From: Vicugna vicugna
Lineage: Eukaryota
NCBI GenBank assembly: GCA_013265495.1
Contig: MU058824.1
Coordinates: 3,561,111 to 3,625,110 of the forward strand
Direction: 5' to 3'
Length of the DNA: 64,000 bases
Shown here: piece by piece, positions 62,178 through 64,000 of the stretch
Layout of the letters: each line of letters starts with the position of its first letter
How positions within the stretch are numbered: position 1 is the stretch's first letter
Notes under the pieces: model-generated
Databases searched by the model: none
The model's input: only the letters and a program-made list of their open reading frames with translations
Told to the model about the DNA's origin: nothing
Made by a program: the position numbers and the translations under genes

Positions 62178-64000
62178 TCCCAAGGCTTTAGCTCAGTACA
62201 GATTGTGGCAGTGCAAGCTGATGTCCTCCCAGCTACAGCATTCATAGCTATGCTCCACTGTTTGAGCTTTACTTATCTTATGTCTCTTCAGTTCTTCTTG
62301 TAAATGGCTTTGGATTAAAAGAACTCTATAAATTCAAGGACACTTCAATGCTTAAACAGTGGTAGATTAAACACAGTCAGAGACAGAAGGCAGTGGCTGA
62401 CTTTAAGAAGCATTACTGTTTAAAAATATGCATACTCCAAGGTGAATACTACAACAGGAAGGATACTAGACCACCAACATAAAAACAATCAATATTCCTC
62501 AAAACACAGAGACTGACTATTGTTGAAAACTTGGGGCTAATTTTTGCCCTGAAGCAACAATCTATGGGATGGAAGAGTTGTGAGGCTAACTTAATAAAAG
62601 TGTATTTCACCCTTAAGGCTAAAGAAATATTCACCTGAAAAAAAAAAAAGAAATACTCATCTGAAAAATATGAAATTGCCACATTCAGCCATTACATCAA
62701 CTTCACGTGATTCAGCCTAATACTTTACATTTTCAGTAAAAGACAGAAAAGTAGTGATTACAACAATAGTATTTTATTTTTATTTAATTTGTTTTATTTA
62801 ACTTATTTTAGTTTTGCTTGATATTAAATACAAGCATTTTGGTGGAAATGTTGGCCAGATTACATGGCCTGCAAGACAGATAATTCTGCTTACCCATAAT
62901 GAAAGGGACAATACAGTTTCGTGGGAGATGGGGACATAAGATATAAAATGGAGAGAAGGACTTCTAGGAGTGGGGCCAAACTAGCAGAAGCAGAAGGGGG
63001 AGTTGGGAATCACAGAAAATGAAAGTTAGAGCACCAGTATCCTGGTAGTGATATACCTATTACATAGTTTTGCAAGATGCTACCATTGGGGGAAACTGCA
63101 ATTCTTCCACCTAATTCTCTCCACTACCAACAATGTACCTCTGCTCCATTTCTTACAAAGACTACCTATGAAATATTTTAGCACACATCACTTTAAGGAC
63201 TATTTTCTAAATAACCACAGCAGTAGTATCACACCTACTTCTAACTTTAACTAGCATTAAATAATTTCTAAATTTTTTCATCCCTGAGATCCTGTAATTT
63301 CAAAAATTCATTTTTAATGAAAATTTCAATCCATAAAAAAAATCAGACCTGTATGACACATTGGTTAACACTTATATTGCCAAATTTTAGAATAAGTATC
63401 TCCTCCAAAATATGTTACTGTTTCTATTTTTGCTTGAGGAAAAAAGTGGTAGGTACCTCAGCATTAATTTTTTTTTAAGGTTAGTTTTTTCAAAGGTTAA
63501 AAACATCTCTATCAAAGACATATTTATCAGACAACTGGTAGGAAATATATGTTAAGCTCTTTGCAACGGTGATTGGCCAGATTAAACTTCTTATTTAAGG
63601 CAAAAAAATCCTAACCAAATAGAACTGGCAAAGATACAGCTACACTTAATGTAATGAGAGTTGGACCATTCAATTAGAAATTTAAATTTTGTAGCCTTTT
63701 TCATAAGGCTAATAAACATATTAAGTTAATTCTTAATTTACCCACTGCTCAACATTACAAATTTATATACCAGGTTGACATAGAAACACCAAGGGAAAAC
63801 TGCTACCACTAATAAGCTCACTAAACTTAGCAAGAAAGGTAAAGTTAACAGGGCTCCAAGAAGGCACAAGAAGGTCAGGAGCCACAAAGACTTCTGCACC
63901 CTACTCCATTGCCTCAAGATTTTTTTTTTCAAGAACACAGCAATAATTAAAATGAATGAGAAATAGAACCAGAATTTGAAAATTCTGGAAAATTTCTTTA

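Larger units (their letters stand above)
1..64000 (-). other. Probable long intron(s) of an unidentified minus-strand host gene
   Basis: Plus strand is visibly A-rich (sense introns are typically T>A). Most L1 sequence is on plus, i.e. antisense to a minus-strand host. Best acceptor/donor pairs are on minus. No CpG island and no recognisable coding exon. Inference only. Confidence 0.45.

Noticed and set aside
1..64000. Naming the host gene or claiming a novel multi-gene system
   Set aside because: No candidate exon translated to a peptide I recognise, and pseudo-exons are common in long introns; a BLAST/liftover of the unique blocks is needed

Overview
AT-rich, CpG-poor mammalian genomic DNA. 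A tRNA-Ala-derived SINE family and a young L1 3' end point to a camelid (alpaca/llama/camel). I can support no protein-coding gene, tRNA, rRNA, CRISPR array or prokaryotic system. The supplied ORFs are short and low-complexity or lie in decayed transposons. The window looks like the interior of one or more long introns of an unidentified gene, probably transcribed on the minus strand (A-rich plus strand, most L1 sequence on plus, best splice-site pairs on minus). Much of it is transposon fossils (L1, L2, CR1/L3, MIR, MLT1 LTRs, Tigger/Charlie/Mariner MITEs, camelid SINEs), separated by repeat-poor blocks (about 1-7300, 21500-26400, 48350-51100, 58050-60890). The best leads are in those blocks: a PBX-MEIS/PBX-HOX motif cluster with a hairpin (59.6-60.2 kb), a candidate internal promoter/enhancer with a TAATCCGATTA site, TATA/CArG-like box, G4 and strong donor (50.4-50.6 kb), a TATA+Inr+small-ORF/terminal-exon candidate (0.6-1.5 kb), and several microexon/recursive-splice-like sites. 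There is also a Tigger MITE that appears to have captured a MIR, and several local duplication/template-switch scars. Repeat family names come from recalled consensus sequences, not a database search, and most repeat boundaries are approximate.
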